This document shows, piece by piece, positions 1-8,989 of a stretch of 64,000 nt of DNA; position 1 is the stretch's first letter, and every line of letters starts with the position of its first letter. Source of the DNA: a virus (taxonomy: Duplodnaviria; Caudoviricetes). Location: IMG/VR virus record IMGVR_UViG_3300011962_000024, positions 1-64,000 of that record; one strand, 5' to 3'. Made by a program: the position numbers and the translations under genes. The notes under the pieces are model-generated. The model did not search any database, was not told the origin of the DNA, and saw nothing but the letters and a program-made list of their open reading frames with translations.

Positions 1-33
1 CACCGCTAAGTGACTGGATTTCTTGAGGTTTTT

Positions 34-78
34 TGGTCGGGACGGAGTGATTCGAACACTCTACCCCTTGCACCCCAT
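34..78 (-). repeat. att site: 3' half of tRNA-Pro(GGG), left copy with one mismatch
   Basis: Reverse complement reads ATGGGGTGCAAGGGGTAGAGTGTTCGAATCACTCCGTCCCGACCA (anticodon loop, T arm, CCA). The 5' half of the tRNA is absent. Similarity to the right copy extends back to position 1 (terminator). Confidence 0.9.
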
Positions 79-205
79 ACAGGTAATTACCCGTCCGAGC
101 AAATCCAATGCAATCCAAAGCCAATGGTCAAGCCATTGATTTTACTGGCATTCAGCCTTTTGACCGTCCAAAATGCTCCGAAGCCATACGAACAAAGCCG
201 ATCTC

Positions 206-258
206 AATTGGCAACCAATTGGCAACCAGGCAATCTCAATTGGCAACGAATTGGCAAC
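206..258 (+). repeat. Four copies of AATTGGCAAC (206, 217, 238, 249), likely integrase arm-type sites
   Basis: Two tandem pairs at 11-bp spacing between att and the integrase start. The same pair recurs at 27928 and 27939. Confidence 0.7.
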
Positions 259-274
259 GGAGAAGCATGACTTA

Positions 275-1630
275 ATGGCCAAGATTACAGATCGCCAGAT
301 GACCGCCAAACCCGGCGCGAGTGACAAGTGGCTGAGCGAGGTCGCCATCTGGGGGCACGGCAGCTTGGTCGCGCGCATCACACCCAGTGGCGAGCGTCTT
401 TTCTATTTTCGCTACACCAATAGCAGCGGGGAGCGCGTTACCTACCCAATCGGCACATATAGCCGTGAAGGCAAGGAAGGCACCATGACTCTGGCAGAAG
501 CGGGTGTACGGGCCAAAGAGCTGGCTGGCTTACACAAGTCCGGGGTGCGAGATATTCGTGAGCACCTGGAGGCCGAAGAGTCGGCACGTGTCGCTGCCCG
601 TAACGCGGAGATCGCTCGACTGGCTGCGGAAAAGGCCGCATTCGAAGCGGAACAAGCTCGGCACGCGGCAAGAAAGACAGTCACTGAGCTCTTTGAGCAC
701 TGGGCAAATGTCGATCTGATCAATCGAAAGGATGGAGGCTCTGAGGTTCGCCGGATGTTTGAGAAGGACGTCCTGCCATTTTTGGGGGAGATGGCCGTGG
801 CCGACGTGAAAAAAGGCCACATCACCGAAGTGACCGACGCCCTCCTCACTCGGGGCGTCAATCGCATGGCCAAGATGATATTTAGCCTGATGCGTCAGAT
901 GTTCCGTTTTGCTGTGGACCGGGATCTGATTGAGCATGATCCAACTGCCAGCATCCGCAAGGCTAAGATCGGTGGTAAAGATATCGAGCGTGACCGAGTG
1001 TTGAGTGACGATGAAATCCGCACCCTAGCCAAACTAGCTCCTGAGGCCGGTTTGTTACTGTCCACCGAAGCAGCAATTTGGATCACCCTCTCCACCTGCT
1101 GCCGCATTGGCGAGCTGCTCAACTCACGATGGGAGCATCTTGACCTTGCAAAAGGGATTTGGACGATTCCAGCCGAGAACAGCAAAAATGGTAAGCCACA
1201 TAGCGTTACTCTGTCCTCGTTTGCTATTCGAAGATTTGAATTACTCAAGTCCCTCAATAATCATTCCGAGTGGGCATATCCTAATACTAATAATAGCGGG
1301 CCCGTTTGCACAAAAACTGTTACCAAGCAGATCGGCGATAGACAACGCCTACCAGGCCAGGGGGTACTGAGCAATAGAAGCGCCAATGCCCAAGCACTGC
1401 TTCTTCCAGGGGGAAAGTGGACCCCTCACGACTTGAGACGAACAGGCGCAACAATCATGACAGCTCTCGGCGTGCTTCCCGAAGTGGCTGAGCGCTGTCT
1501 TAACCATACAGAGGAAAACAAGGTCAAACGTACCTATCAACGGCATAGCTACACAAAAGAAATGGGCGCAGCTTGGAAAACCCTCGGCCAACACCTTGAA
1601 AAATTAACCAGCCCAACGGATACCGCATAA
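275..1630 (+). CDS. int: Tyrosine recombinase/integrase (P4-like, with N-terminal arm-binding domain)
   Basis: Motifs CRIGELL, NSKNG, HDLRR, LNH and C-terminal Tyr. Start moved to ATG 275 (MAKITDRQM) because the upstream in-frame stretch is the repeat array. Confidence 0.93.
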   Translation: MAKITDRQMTAKPGASDKWLSEVAIWGHGSLVARITPSGERLFYFRYTNSSGERVTYPIGTYSREGKEGTMTLAEAGVRAKELAGLHKSGVRDIREHLEAEESARVAARNAEIARLAAEKAAFEAEQARHAARKTVTELFEHWANVDLINRKDGGSEVRRMFEKDVLPFLGEMAVADVKKGHITEVTDALLTRGVNRMAKMIFSLMRQMFRFAVDRDLIEHDPTASIRKAKIGGKDIERDRVLSDDEIRTLAKLAPEAGLLLSTEAAIWITLSTCCRIGELLNSRWEHLDLAKGIWTIPAENSKNGKPHSVTLSSFAIRRFELLKSLNNHSEWAYPNTNNSGPVCTKTVTKQIGDRQRLPGQGVLSNRSANAQALLLPGGKWTPHDLRRTGATIMTALGVLPEVAERCLNHTEENKVKRTYQRHSYTKEMGAAWKTLGQHLEKLTSPTDTA

Positions 1631-1648
1631 TAAAGCAATCCGAGAAAA

Positions 1649-2725
1649 TCAACTCCCCGCAATAATTTTTTTAGCAATTGGATCCTTTTCCAGCATCTCT
1701 AAAATCAACACATATATCTTACCAACTTCACACTCAATACCTTGCCCGCCAAGATCAACAAGAACCTCTTCCTCAGCCTGCCTAGCAATTATTCTAGGCT
1801 GAAGCCTTGCCCGATAAGGGGCATTCTTTTGTAGTGCCTTCAGAATTGACTCATGAACTGCTCGATCATAATAAATTTTCTTTTTACTTTTCCCGACACC
1901 TCCCTTATACCCCCGCTCGCGAAGTGCTTTTTCTTCCAAAGGATATAAATAAAAGTACTTTTCAATATTACTACAAGCCTGTCGAAAAGCCTCCTTGTAG
2001 CCTTCCTGATTAGCAGCCTTCAAGCACGAGTAAGCCTGGGCTGCATAGATGAGAACGAGTTCCTCCAAGTAGCGCTGATGTGTTTTCGTGCGAACCTTTT
2101 TATCAATTTTTGACGACAGGTAAGTTATATAACTAGAAGAATCCCTGCCCTCCATTTCAGCCAGCAGCTTTTTGACCGAACCTAGCCCACCCCCTATAAA
2201 TTGAAATCCATTTCCATCGGTTGAGCACATGCTCTCAATCCGAAGACAAAGATCTCGAAAGCTTTCAAGCTCAGCTGAATCAAAGAGCTTATTTAAACCT
2301 TCATTTTTTACAAAACTTATCTTCTCGATAGCAGCTCTTGCCTCGCACAAAAGAGCCGCCTCCAATTCAAAATCATTATTATTTTTTAATTTTGCTACTT
2401 TGCGATATGCCTCATCAATTCCGAACCAGTCAACCGAATTTTTTTTCAGCTCACCGTTTTCAGAAGGCCCAACCAGATCAACAAAAAAATACGCGCAGGT
2501 CCCTGCACCACCAAAATAAAAACCATCTCCGACAGACGCTACCTTGACTCTCAATCCGCTCTCACCAAAAACCGAGTCTATGATTGCTCTCTCTGCCGTT
2601 TTGCCTTCCGTCAGTTCAGTTCTAATAAAGTATCCACCAACTTCTCCCGGCTCATTGCGTAACAAGACACGACCAGCATCATCAATCAAGACTGCCAAGT
2701 ACTGTTTTACTTCGGCCTGATCCAC
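1649..2725 (-). CDS. Hypothetical protein with a degenerate N-terminal Nudix-like domain
   Basis: 358-aa AT-rich ORF. AVLIDDAGRVLL...EGKTAERAIIDSVFGESGL resembles a Nudix box that lacks the RE..EE residues. Confidence 0.55.
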   Translation of the reverse strand: MDQAEVKQYLAVLIDDAGRVLLRNEPGEVGGYFIRTELTEGKTAERAIIDSVFGESGLRVKVASVGDGFYFGGAGTCAYFFVDLVGPSENGELKKNSVDWFGIDEAYRKVAKLKNNNDFELEAALLCEARAAIEKISFVKNEGLNKLFDSAELESFRDLCLRIESMCSTDGNGFQFIGGGLGSVKKLLAEMEGRDSSSYITYLSSKIDKKVRTKTHQRYLEELVLIYAAQAYSCLKAANQEGYKEAFRQACSNIEKYFYLYPLEEKALRERGYKGGVGKSKKKIYYDRAVHESILKALQKNAPYRARLQPRIIARQAEEEVLVDLGGQGIECEVGKIYVLILEMLEKDPIAKKIIAGS

Positions 2726-3111
2726 TCTTGAGCCCCTTATAAAAATGCTAACAAGCGAGCATTACTCTGGCCTTATATTATCCACCATGGTGCCTGGCAG
2801 ACAAGCAACCAACTGCGCAGGCTGTTGACCATTATTACTATAAGCCCGGCGGATTGAGGCGATATCTTTTTACCAAAACTACTTTGAAAAACGCTGGGCG
2901 GGCCCAGCTAAACCAGCGGAGATCGCAACAGGCCCAGCGCCTTTCCTTCTTGGTTCGAGATTTTCTACGTAACCGGCATACTCCGAATCACCAACATCAA
3001 CCCAGAACCGCAAACCTTCATAATTAGAAAACCATTCGGTTCCGTTGCTGTATTTTTCTACAAAATCGGCCGATAACTGTCACCAATGTGCGCAGCGCCT
3101 CCGGGCTAGGC

Positions 3112-4368
3112 TTACCGTACCACCATCAGCTCATCCCACCGCGTCGTATACCGCTGGCTCATCATCTCCCGCTTCATTTCCCACTCCGCAGTGGTCGGGA
3201 TGCGTCCTAGCCTTACCGTACCCCTGCCCTCACGCGCGTTGATCTGATCGACCACGGCCATAAGCCGATCGGCACCAGGTCGCACCGCGGCGGCGAACAG
3301 GTCGCCAGTGAATTCGCCGCGCTGCCGCAGATCCATCAGCAGCACTTCCGCTTTGCTGTAGGCGTAACCCTGCCGGTAGATGGCCTCAAGCCCGCGCACG
3401 GCCGCAGCGGCGAGCACGCGAGTGTCGTCGGTCGGGTACGGCAGAGGGCAGCTGATGGCGTTCGCGTATCGCGGCTGGTTGGGGTTGTGCATGCCGGTGC
3501 GGATGGCAACCTGCAGCGCGCCGGCCAGGCTTTGCTGGGAGCGCAGCTTCTCGGCGGCCTTAGTAACGTAGGCCACGACCGCTTCGCGAATCGGCGCGAT
3601 ATCGCGCAGGCGGCTGCCGAACATCTTGGATGAGCAGATCATCTGTCGCAGCGGTACCGCCTCCTCCAGCTCGAGGCAGGAGATCCCGCGCAGCTCGCGG
3701 GCGGTTTTCTCCAGCGCCACGCTGAACTGTCGGCGCAGCGATGCCGCATCGTACTGGGCCAGGTCCCAGGCTGTTTCGATACCTAGCGGACGCAGCCGAG
3801 CGGTCAGCCGCCGGCCAACGCCCCACACCTCGGCTACCTCGGTCATCTGCAACAGCTTGTCGCGGCGCTCAGGGTCGCGAAGGTCGATCACCCCACCGGA
3901 CTTGCGCCACGTTTTTGCCGCCCAGTTGGCGAGTTTGGCCAAGGTTTTCGTCGGCCCAATCCCCACCCCCACCGGAATACCGGTCCAGCGCAGCACCCGC
4001 TCACGCGCCTCTCGCGCAAGCGGCACCAGATCGCCCGTCATCCCTGTCAGGTCGGCGAATGCCTCGTCGATGCTGTACACCTCGATTCGCGGAAACATCC
4101 CCTCCAATGTCGCCATCACCCTGGCGCTCATTTGCCCGTAGAGTTCGTAGTTGCTGGAGAAGCACACCACCCCCCACTCACGTATCTGGTCACGCCACTG
4201 GAAATATGGCGCCCCCATCGGTATGCCCAGGCGTTTCGCTTCACGAGTGCGGGCGATCACGCAGCCATCGTTGTTGCTCAGCACCACCACCGGCACATTG
4301 TCGAGCCACGGCTGGTAAATGCGCTCGCACGAGCAGTAAAACGAGTTGCAGTCGATCAGCGCGAACAT
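3112..4368 (-). CDS. umuC: Y-family DNA polymerase V catalytic subunit UmuC
   Basis: [33 protein letters not shown]-terminal [11 protein letters not shown]. Start overlaps the umuD stop. Confidence 0.95.
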   Translation of the reverse strand: MFALIDCNSFYCSCERIYQPWLDNVPVVVLSNNDGCVIARTREAKRLGIPMGAPYFQWRDQIREWGVVCFSSNYELYGQMSARVMATLEGMFPRIEVYSIDEAFADLTGMTGDLVPLAREARERVLRWTGIPVGVGIGPTKTLAKLANWAAKTWRKSGGVIDLRDPERRDKLLQMTEVAEVWGVGRRLTARLRPLGIETAWDLAQYDAASLRRQFSVALEKTARELRGISCLELEEAVPLRQMICSSKMFGSRLRDIAPIREAVVAYVTKAAEKLRSQQSLAGALQVAIRTGMHNPNQPRYANAISCPLPYPTDDTRVLAAAAVRGLEAIYRQGYAYSKAEVLLMDLRQRGEFTGDLFAAAVRPGADRLMAVVDQINAREGRGTVRLGRIPTTAEWEMKREMMSQRYTTRWDELMVVR

Positions 4369-4781
4369 AATTGGTGGAGATTGTGCGTGGCCACGCCCCA
4401 CACATGCAGGGATTCGGTAACAGGAATGGCGCGGTAGTCCGGGTTCTCAGGTTGCAACCAGACACCGGCCGGCGTGATCTGTAGCCGCTTGACCGTCATT
4501 CCGCCATCGACGTAGGCAACCACAATGTGGCCGGAACGCGCCTCCAGCGCTTTGTTGACCACCAGCACGTCACCATCGTAGATCCCGGCGCCGATCATGC
4601 TCGGGCCTTCGACACGGACCAGGTACACATGCGGCGTGCGGAGATCGATCAGCTCATCGATGGATAGCGTGACCTCCTCATAGTCGGCCGCTGGCGAGGG
4701 GAAACCCGCAGGCACGCGGGTATTGATGTACTGCAAGAAAGTGGGAGAAGGGCCGATCTGGCCCAAGATGGTGGCGCGCAT
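4356..4781 (-). CDS. umuD: UmuD (S24 autopeptidase)
   Basis: [12 protein letters not shown] cleavage motif, GPSM (Ser), TVKRL (Lys). Confidence 0.95.
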   Translation of the reverse strand: MRATILGQIGPSPTFLQYINTRVPAGFPSPAADYEEVTLSIDELIDLRTPHVYLVRVEGPSMIGAGIYDGDVLVVNKALEARSGHIVVAYVDGGMTVKRLQITPAGVWLQPENPDYRAIPVTESLHVWGVATHNLHQLCSR

Positions 4782-4799
4782 GGTACTGCTCTGCGATTA

Positions 4800-4815
4800 C
4801 TGTACATATATACAG
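4800..4815. promoter_or_regulatory. LexA (SOS) box
   Basis: CTGTACATATATACAG (CTG-N10-CAG) between the divergent umuD and SRAP genes. Confidence 0.9.
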
Positions 4816-4881
4816 TTAACAACGAGCACCACATTCGGTCAATGTAGAGATGCAGCCAATCGATAGCAGGCTGGAGGGGAT

Positions 4882-5574
4882 ATGTGCGGTCGTTTCACGC
4901 AATACCGAACAGCGATCCAGTATCTGGATGCGCTGCGCTACGACAAACCCATTGAGAGCGGGATCGACCCAGAGCCAATCAACCGCTACAACGTCGCGCC
5001 ACGCTCACGCGTGATGATCGTCTACGAGACGGATACAGGCCTGCGCATGGCCAAGCTGCCTTGGGGATATCAACCGTTCTGGGCAGCGGGTAGGCGCCCG
5101 CCAGCGATTAATGCACGGGTTGAGACGGCAGCGACAAGCCGGTTCTTCCGCGATATCTGGGCCACCGGCCGAACGCTGGTTGCGGCCGATGGCTGGTACG
5201 AGTGGGTCAAGGATCCATCGGACCCGAAGCAAAAGCAGCCCTACTACATCCGCCGCAAGGACGGCGAGCCGCTATGGTTTGCAGCATTGGCGCAGATGGT
5301 CCGCGCCAGCATGGCTGATCGCGCTGGCGACGGCTTCGTGATCATCACCACCGACAGCGACCAGGGCATGGTGGACATTCATGACCGCCGGCCTGCCGTG
5401 CTTGAAGCGGATCTGGCAAGGGAATGGATCGAGCCGGACCTACCGCTGGAGCGAGCCGAAGAGATCGTGAGACACCTAGCTTTACCGGTGGAAGCGTTCG
5501 AGTGGTTTCCAGTCATCCGTGCCGTGGGCAACGTCCGCAACGAAGGCCGCTCGCTAATAGAGCCAGCCAGCTAA
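4882..5574 (+). CDS. SOS response-associated peptidase (SRAP/YedK family, abasic-site protection)
   Basis: N-terminal MCGRF, RYNVAP, INARVET, YEW, IHDRRP. Confidence 0.93.
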   Translation: MCGRFTQYRTAIQYLDALRYDKPIESGIDPEPINRYNVAPRSRVMIVYETDTGLRMAKLPWGYQPFWAAGRRPPAINARVETAATSRFFRDIWATGRTLVAADGWYEWVKDPSDPKQKQPYYIRRKDGEPLWFAALAQMVRASMADRAGDGFVIITTDSDQGMVDIHDRRPAVLEADLAREWIEPDLPLERAEEIVRHLALPVEAFEWFPVIRAVGNVRNEGRSLIEPAS

Positions 5575-5576
5575 AT

Positions 5577-5789
5577 TCATCGCACTTCCGTCAGCAGCTC
5601 CTCACGAAGAACCTGGACCCCATCCGGCGCCTCGATGACCAACCTGAATTGACCTCGCGATTCCACCCATTCGCCCTGTATCCAAATTCCTTCGGTCAAT
5701 AGCTGACGGATCAGCTCAGCAGGATCTCCTGCCGCTATCCCGAGCCTGACACGCTGCCCCCTATTCCGATTTATCAGAAGCTTTCCCAT
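5577..5789 (-). CDS. CsrA/RsmA-like small protein
   Basis: LLINRNRGQRVRL...RLVIEAPDGVQVLREEL matches the CsrA pattern L.L.R..GE.I.I...R.GI.AP..V.V.REE, with an internal insertion. Confidence 0.6.
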   Translation of the reverse strand: MGKLLINRNRGQRVRLGIAAGDPAELIRQLLTEGIWIQGEWVESRGQFRLVIEAPDGVQVLREELLTEVR

Positions 5790-5892
5790 GAATTCTCCTT
5801 GATGATTGGCATAGGATATTTAGCACCGGCACAAACTGCTGTGCCTGATAGCTCAACGAGCAGCGCTGTTTAACTTTCCAGGGAGTGGCTTA

Positions 5893-6306
5893 ATGGCTGG
5901 CGAAGTAGGGTTTTGCGAGTGGCATGCTTGGTCTGAACGATCCAACTTGCCCCATAGCGACCAGCCAGGCGTCTACTTCATCGCCCGCAGCAAAAAGAAG
6001 CCAGACAACCATCGGGTCAATAACGACTTCATCATTTACATTGGTGAGACGACCGGCCAGACCCTGGCCGACCGTCTACGTCAGTTCAACACGTCAGCAT
6101 TTAGTGAGCGGCCCGGCCATTCGGGCGGAAACACGTTTAGGCTGACCCTCCTCGAAACCACCCCGTTAGAACATCTATGGGTGTCGGCATGCCCTGTAGA
6201 TTTGGGCGAGCCGTACACTGCCGCATATATCAAGCACCTTGAGCGAAAGCTGATCTGGGAATTCGTCTGTACATGGGGCTGCTATCCTCTCTGTAATCGA
6301 TCCTAG
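5893..6306 (+). CDS. Stand-alone GIY-YIG-like nuclease
   Basis: PGVYFI...IIYIGET...LADRLRQF...ERKLI...P..N motif series. Confidence 0.65.
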   Translation: MAGEVGFCEWHAWSERSNLPHSDQPGVYFIARSKKKPDNHRVNNDFIIYIGETTGQTLADRLRQFNTSAFSERPGHSGGNTFRLTLLETTPLEHLWVSACPVDLGEPYTAAYIKHLERKLIWEFVCTWGCYPLCNRS

Positions 6307-6313
6307 AGCCTCG

Positions 6314-6535
6314 CTAGCAGAACAGATCCCCCAGCGAAGCAGGCGTCCAGTTCATGATGACCAGCTCACCGGTCACGGCCGCTTTGCCCTGTCTCTGGTT
6401 CGCCACGCTGTAGCAGATATCAAGCTGCTCAAAGTGGAAGCCCTCGAACACGCGACGGATGTCGGGATGGTCGTTGACGCTTACCATCACCCTGCCCTTG
6501 CAACGGCGCACAATGTCATGCCATGCGTTGATAAG
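6314..6535 (-). pseudogene. C-terminal remnant of a phage DNA adenine methyltransferase
   Basis: RRCKGRVMVSVNDHPDIRRVF...ELVIMNW. The upstream YQRMA-D is out of frame by one base, and the catalytic N-terminal part is missing. Confidence 0.65.
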
Positions 6536-6552
6536 CCCTCCGCAAAGGCTAA

Positions 6553-7986
6553 CTACATCAGTTCAATCTCGGCAACTCGCCCACCCGTAACCTCCCTAAC
6601 AAGTCCTTTTTCCACCAAATAATCCACCGCTCGATTAAGGCGGGCAGCGCGACGCAGTGCAGAGGGGCCACGCTGCAGAATCTCATTCCTCCTAGTTTTC
6701 CTGAAGACTGAATGATCACATCTGGCACGCAACCACGAAATCAACATCTCGGCATCAATAACAACTTGAGGCGAAAACGAGAACTGTCTCTTGTAAACCT
6801 CAGAGCAGCTAAGAACAATTTTTTCAGCAGACAATAATTCCGACAAAGAAATCCTAGAGCAACCGACCTCAAAAAAATGCAACAATGCAGCAACCCTAGA
6901 AATATTTTCCGCCAGTTTCGATGCATGATCACGAGCACGCTCATAGCGCCCCCCAACCTGAAGCTCCTTCTCAATTCTATTGTGAATTCTGATCAACTCC
7001 TCGCCCGCCTCTGCAGAGAACTCGACCAGCAACTTGCTCGAATCCCTAGACTCGAACTTTCTAACGTTTTCCTCTAGTAGATACTCCATTCGTTTCTCAT
7101 AATCACTCAGCCCGATCAAAACTTTACCTTCAATAAAACGAGAGCCTTGAGTTGACTTTGGGAAAAACATCAAAGACCTTGCAAAGAACCCCGACGCCTT
7201 ACCAATCTCACCCTTCCTTTCTAAGTACTCTTGAAAAACCAATGGCTGGACGCCAATCCCTATAGTGAAACGAACGTCTTTCAAGGAGTAATGCCCCGTT
7301 GAAGCCCGCCCCACTTCAATACCGGACCCATCCCACAAGGCATTCATTATTCCCACTTGATTAATAGCACCTCTGAGAGCTATATCACCCTCACTGGTTA
7401 GTAGCGCTTCGGACGGACAATCCGTTTCAAGCGCTTCAGTCAAGGCGGCTCGAGTGACATCCTGCTGAACCATTTTGAATATAAATGGACGCACCGGTTC
7501 GGAATTTGCGTGAGCCAGAAGAGCAACTTCGAGTTTCTGATATGTATCTGACCCCTGATCCTCCAAAAGCATAGCTTTTTGGATTTTCTTTTTCTGCTTC
7601 TCCCAAAGCTCCCAAAGAACAGACCACTCTCTGACCTTCTGGACCCCTATTCCCTCCCTCTTCTCACGGAAAGCTTTTAGGACATCCATTGCTATTTTTT
7701 CTACAGAAGATTTTCTTTCTCCCGAGAGTGCAATCGTAAAAATCATCAATGATACCGGGCCAACACTCCCCCACGGCCTTTTAACGTCTATCAAGTACTG
7801 GCAGACCAAGGCAATAACGGCAAGCAGCACAGAAACAACCAGCTCAACTGGGGCCTTAGTTTGCTCCGCAATTCCCAACACAGTAGTTTTAAATAACGGG
7901 TACGCATCAAGCCAACCTATATCGATAAAAGAATAGGCATCCTCACCGCAATCAAATCCATCATCCGAAATATACTGCACAACCAA
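6553..7986 (-). CDS. YfjI/DUF3987 family P-loop protein
   Basis: ALSGERKSS Walker-A-like motif, D.T..AL...L, SEG, LWDG, GFFARSL. Typical position downstream of alpA. Confidence 0.75.
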   Translation of the reverse strand: MVVQYISDDGFDCGEDAYSFIDIGWLDAYPLFKTTVLGIAEQTKAPVELVVSVLLAVIALVCQYLIDVKRPWGSVGPVSLMIFTIALSGERKSSVEKIAMDVLKAFREKREGIGVQKVREWSVLWELWEKQKKKIQKAMLLEDQGSDTYQKLEVALLAHANSEPVRPFIFKMVQQDVTRAALTEALETDCPSEALLTSEGDIALRGAINQVGIMNALWDGSGIEVGRASTGHYSLKDVRFTIGIGVQPLVFQEYLERKGEIGKASGFFARSLMFFPKSTQGSRFIEGKVLIGLSDYEKRMEYLLEENVRKFESRDSSKLLVEFSAEAGEELIRIHNRIEKELQVGGRYERARDHASKLAENISRVAALLHFFEVGCSRISLSELLSAEKIVLSCSEVYKRQFSFSPQVVIDAEMLISWLRARCDHSVFRKTRRNEILQRGPSALRRAARLNRAVDYLVEKGLVREVTGGRVAEIELM

Positions 7987-8040
7987 GCACCTTATTTATT
8001 TTTAATAAATTTTCATTACCCCATGCTCATCAGAAAAATA

Positions 8041-8292
8041 TTATCGCCTGGCGTTGAGCCAACGTTTAACGTCGTCGGCCAGCCAGCCTACCGCAATCCC
8101 TTTCGCCGACAGCCGCATTGGTCTCGGAAATGAAGGATCGTGGCGAGGACTGTTTGGGTTTAGCCAGTCATACAAGGTCGAGCGAGACACAGACAGAAGA
8201 GCGCTTAGCTGTCTCATTCGTAGCACTCTCACCTCTGGCCTATCTAGCAACCACAGATCCCTAATTGCGTGGTCTGCTTGTTGATTATTCAT
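8041..8292 (-). CDS. alpA: AlpA-family transcriptional regulator/excisionase
   Basis: LSVSRSTLYDWLNPNSPRHDPSFPRPMRL...VGWL. Confidence 0.9.
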   Translation of the reverse strand: MNNQQADHAIRDLWLLDRPEVRVLRMRQLSALLSVSRSTLYDWLNPNSPRHDPSFPRPMRLSAKGIAVGWLADDVKRWLNARR

Positions 8293-8563
8293 CGGCTATC
8301 TCCTATGTGATCGACGCCGCCATCTTATTTTTGGCTCGGCGTAACCACATCAGCTCTGCTTAGTCGTTTTGAAGAACCACGAAGCAGGCGCATTGACGCG
8401 CAGCATGAATTATGCTAGGAGATAGCTGATAAAATTAATAAATGACGCTTGCCACCTGCTACCCTTGCTACCGAGTAGCAAAAGTAGCGAGGCTTTCGGT
8501 TCATTCGAATTTTTTTCAACCCTACATAACTGCCATGACATCACCATCAAGAAGGTTCATCCC

Positions 8564-8893
8564 ATGTCATTGCAGTGCCCTCGCTGTCACTCCCCCAAAG
8601 TCGCTTCCTTCCACCAGGCCATGAAGATCGCCGCTGCAGTCGGCACCGTCGGCGGTGCTGCACGTGGCGTCAGTGCTGCATTGGCTGGCGGGAAGGCTGG
8701 CGCAGCCATTGGCTCTGTCGCCGGTCCTGTAGGCATCACCATCGGCTCTGTCTCAGGCGCCATTTTCGGCGGCCTGGTCGGCGGTGTCGGCGGCTGCGCT
8801 CTCGGCGCACAACTCGGCGACAAACTCGACCGCCACGTCCTGGCCCACAACCTCTGCCTGCTCTGCGGGCATCGCTTCAACCTGCCGACCTGA
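8564..8893 (+). CDS. Glycine-zipper membrane protein with terminal CxxC pairs
   Basis: MSLQCPRC...Gly/Ala-rich hydrophobic core...CLLCGHRF. GAAGG upstream of ATG 8564. Confidence 0.7.
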   Translation: MSLQCPRCHSPKVASFHQAMKIAAAVGTVGGAARGVSAALAGGKAGAAIGSVAGPVGITIGSVSGAIFGGLVGGVGGCALGAQLGDKLDRHVLAHNLCLLCGHRFNLPT

Positions 8894-8989
8894 TCAGACG
8901 GCTCAACACCCCGCCTCTTCTTTAACTCCAGCCGGTGCTGCGCGCTGCGCAGCGCTGTATGCCGGCGCGCACCTAAAGGAATCGTTCTC

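Noticed and set aside
173-274. N-terminal 34 aa of the integrase ORF in the track
   Set aside because: This stretch is the AATTGGCAAC repeat array. Integrase-like sequence starts at ATG 275.
2726-3111. Possible IS end or ncRNA between the Nudix-like gene and umuC
   Set aside because: Only short GGCCCAGC repeats. No terminal inverted repeats, target duplication or transposase anywhere in the window.
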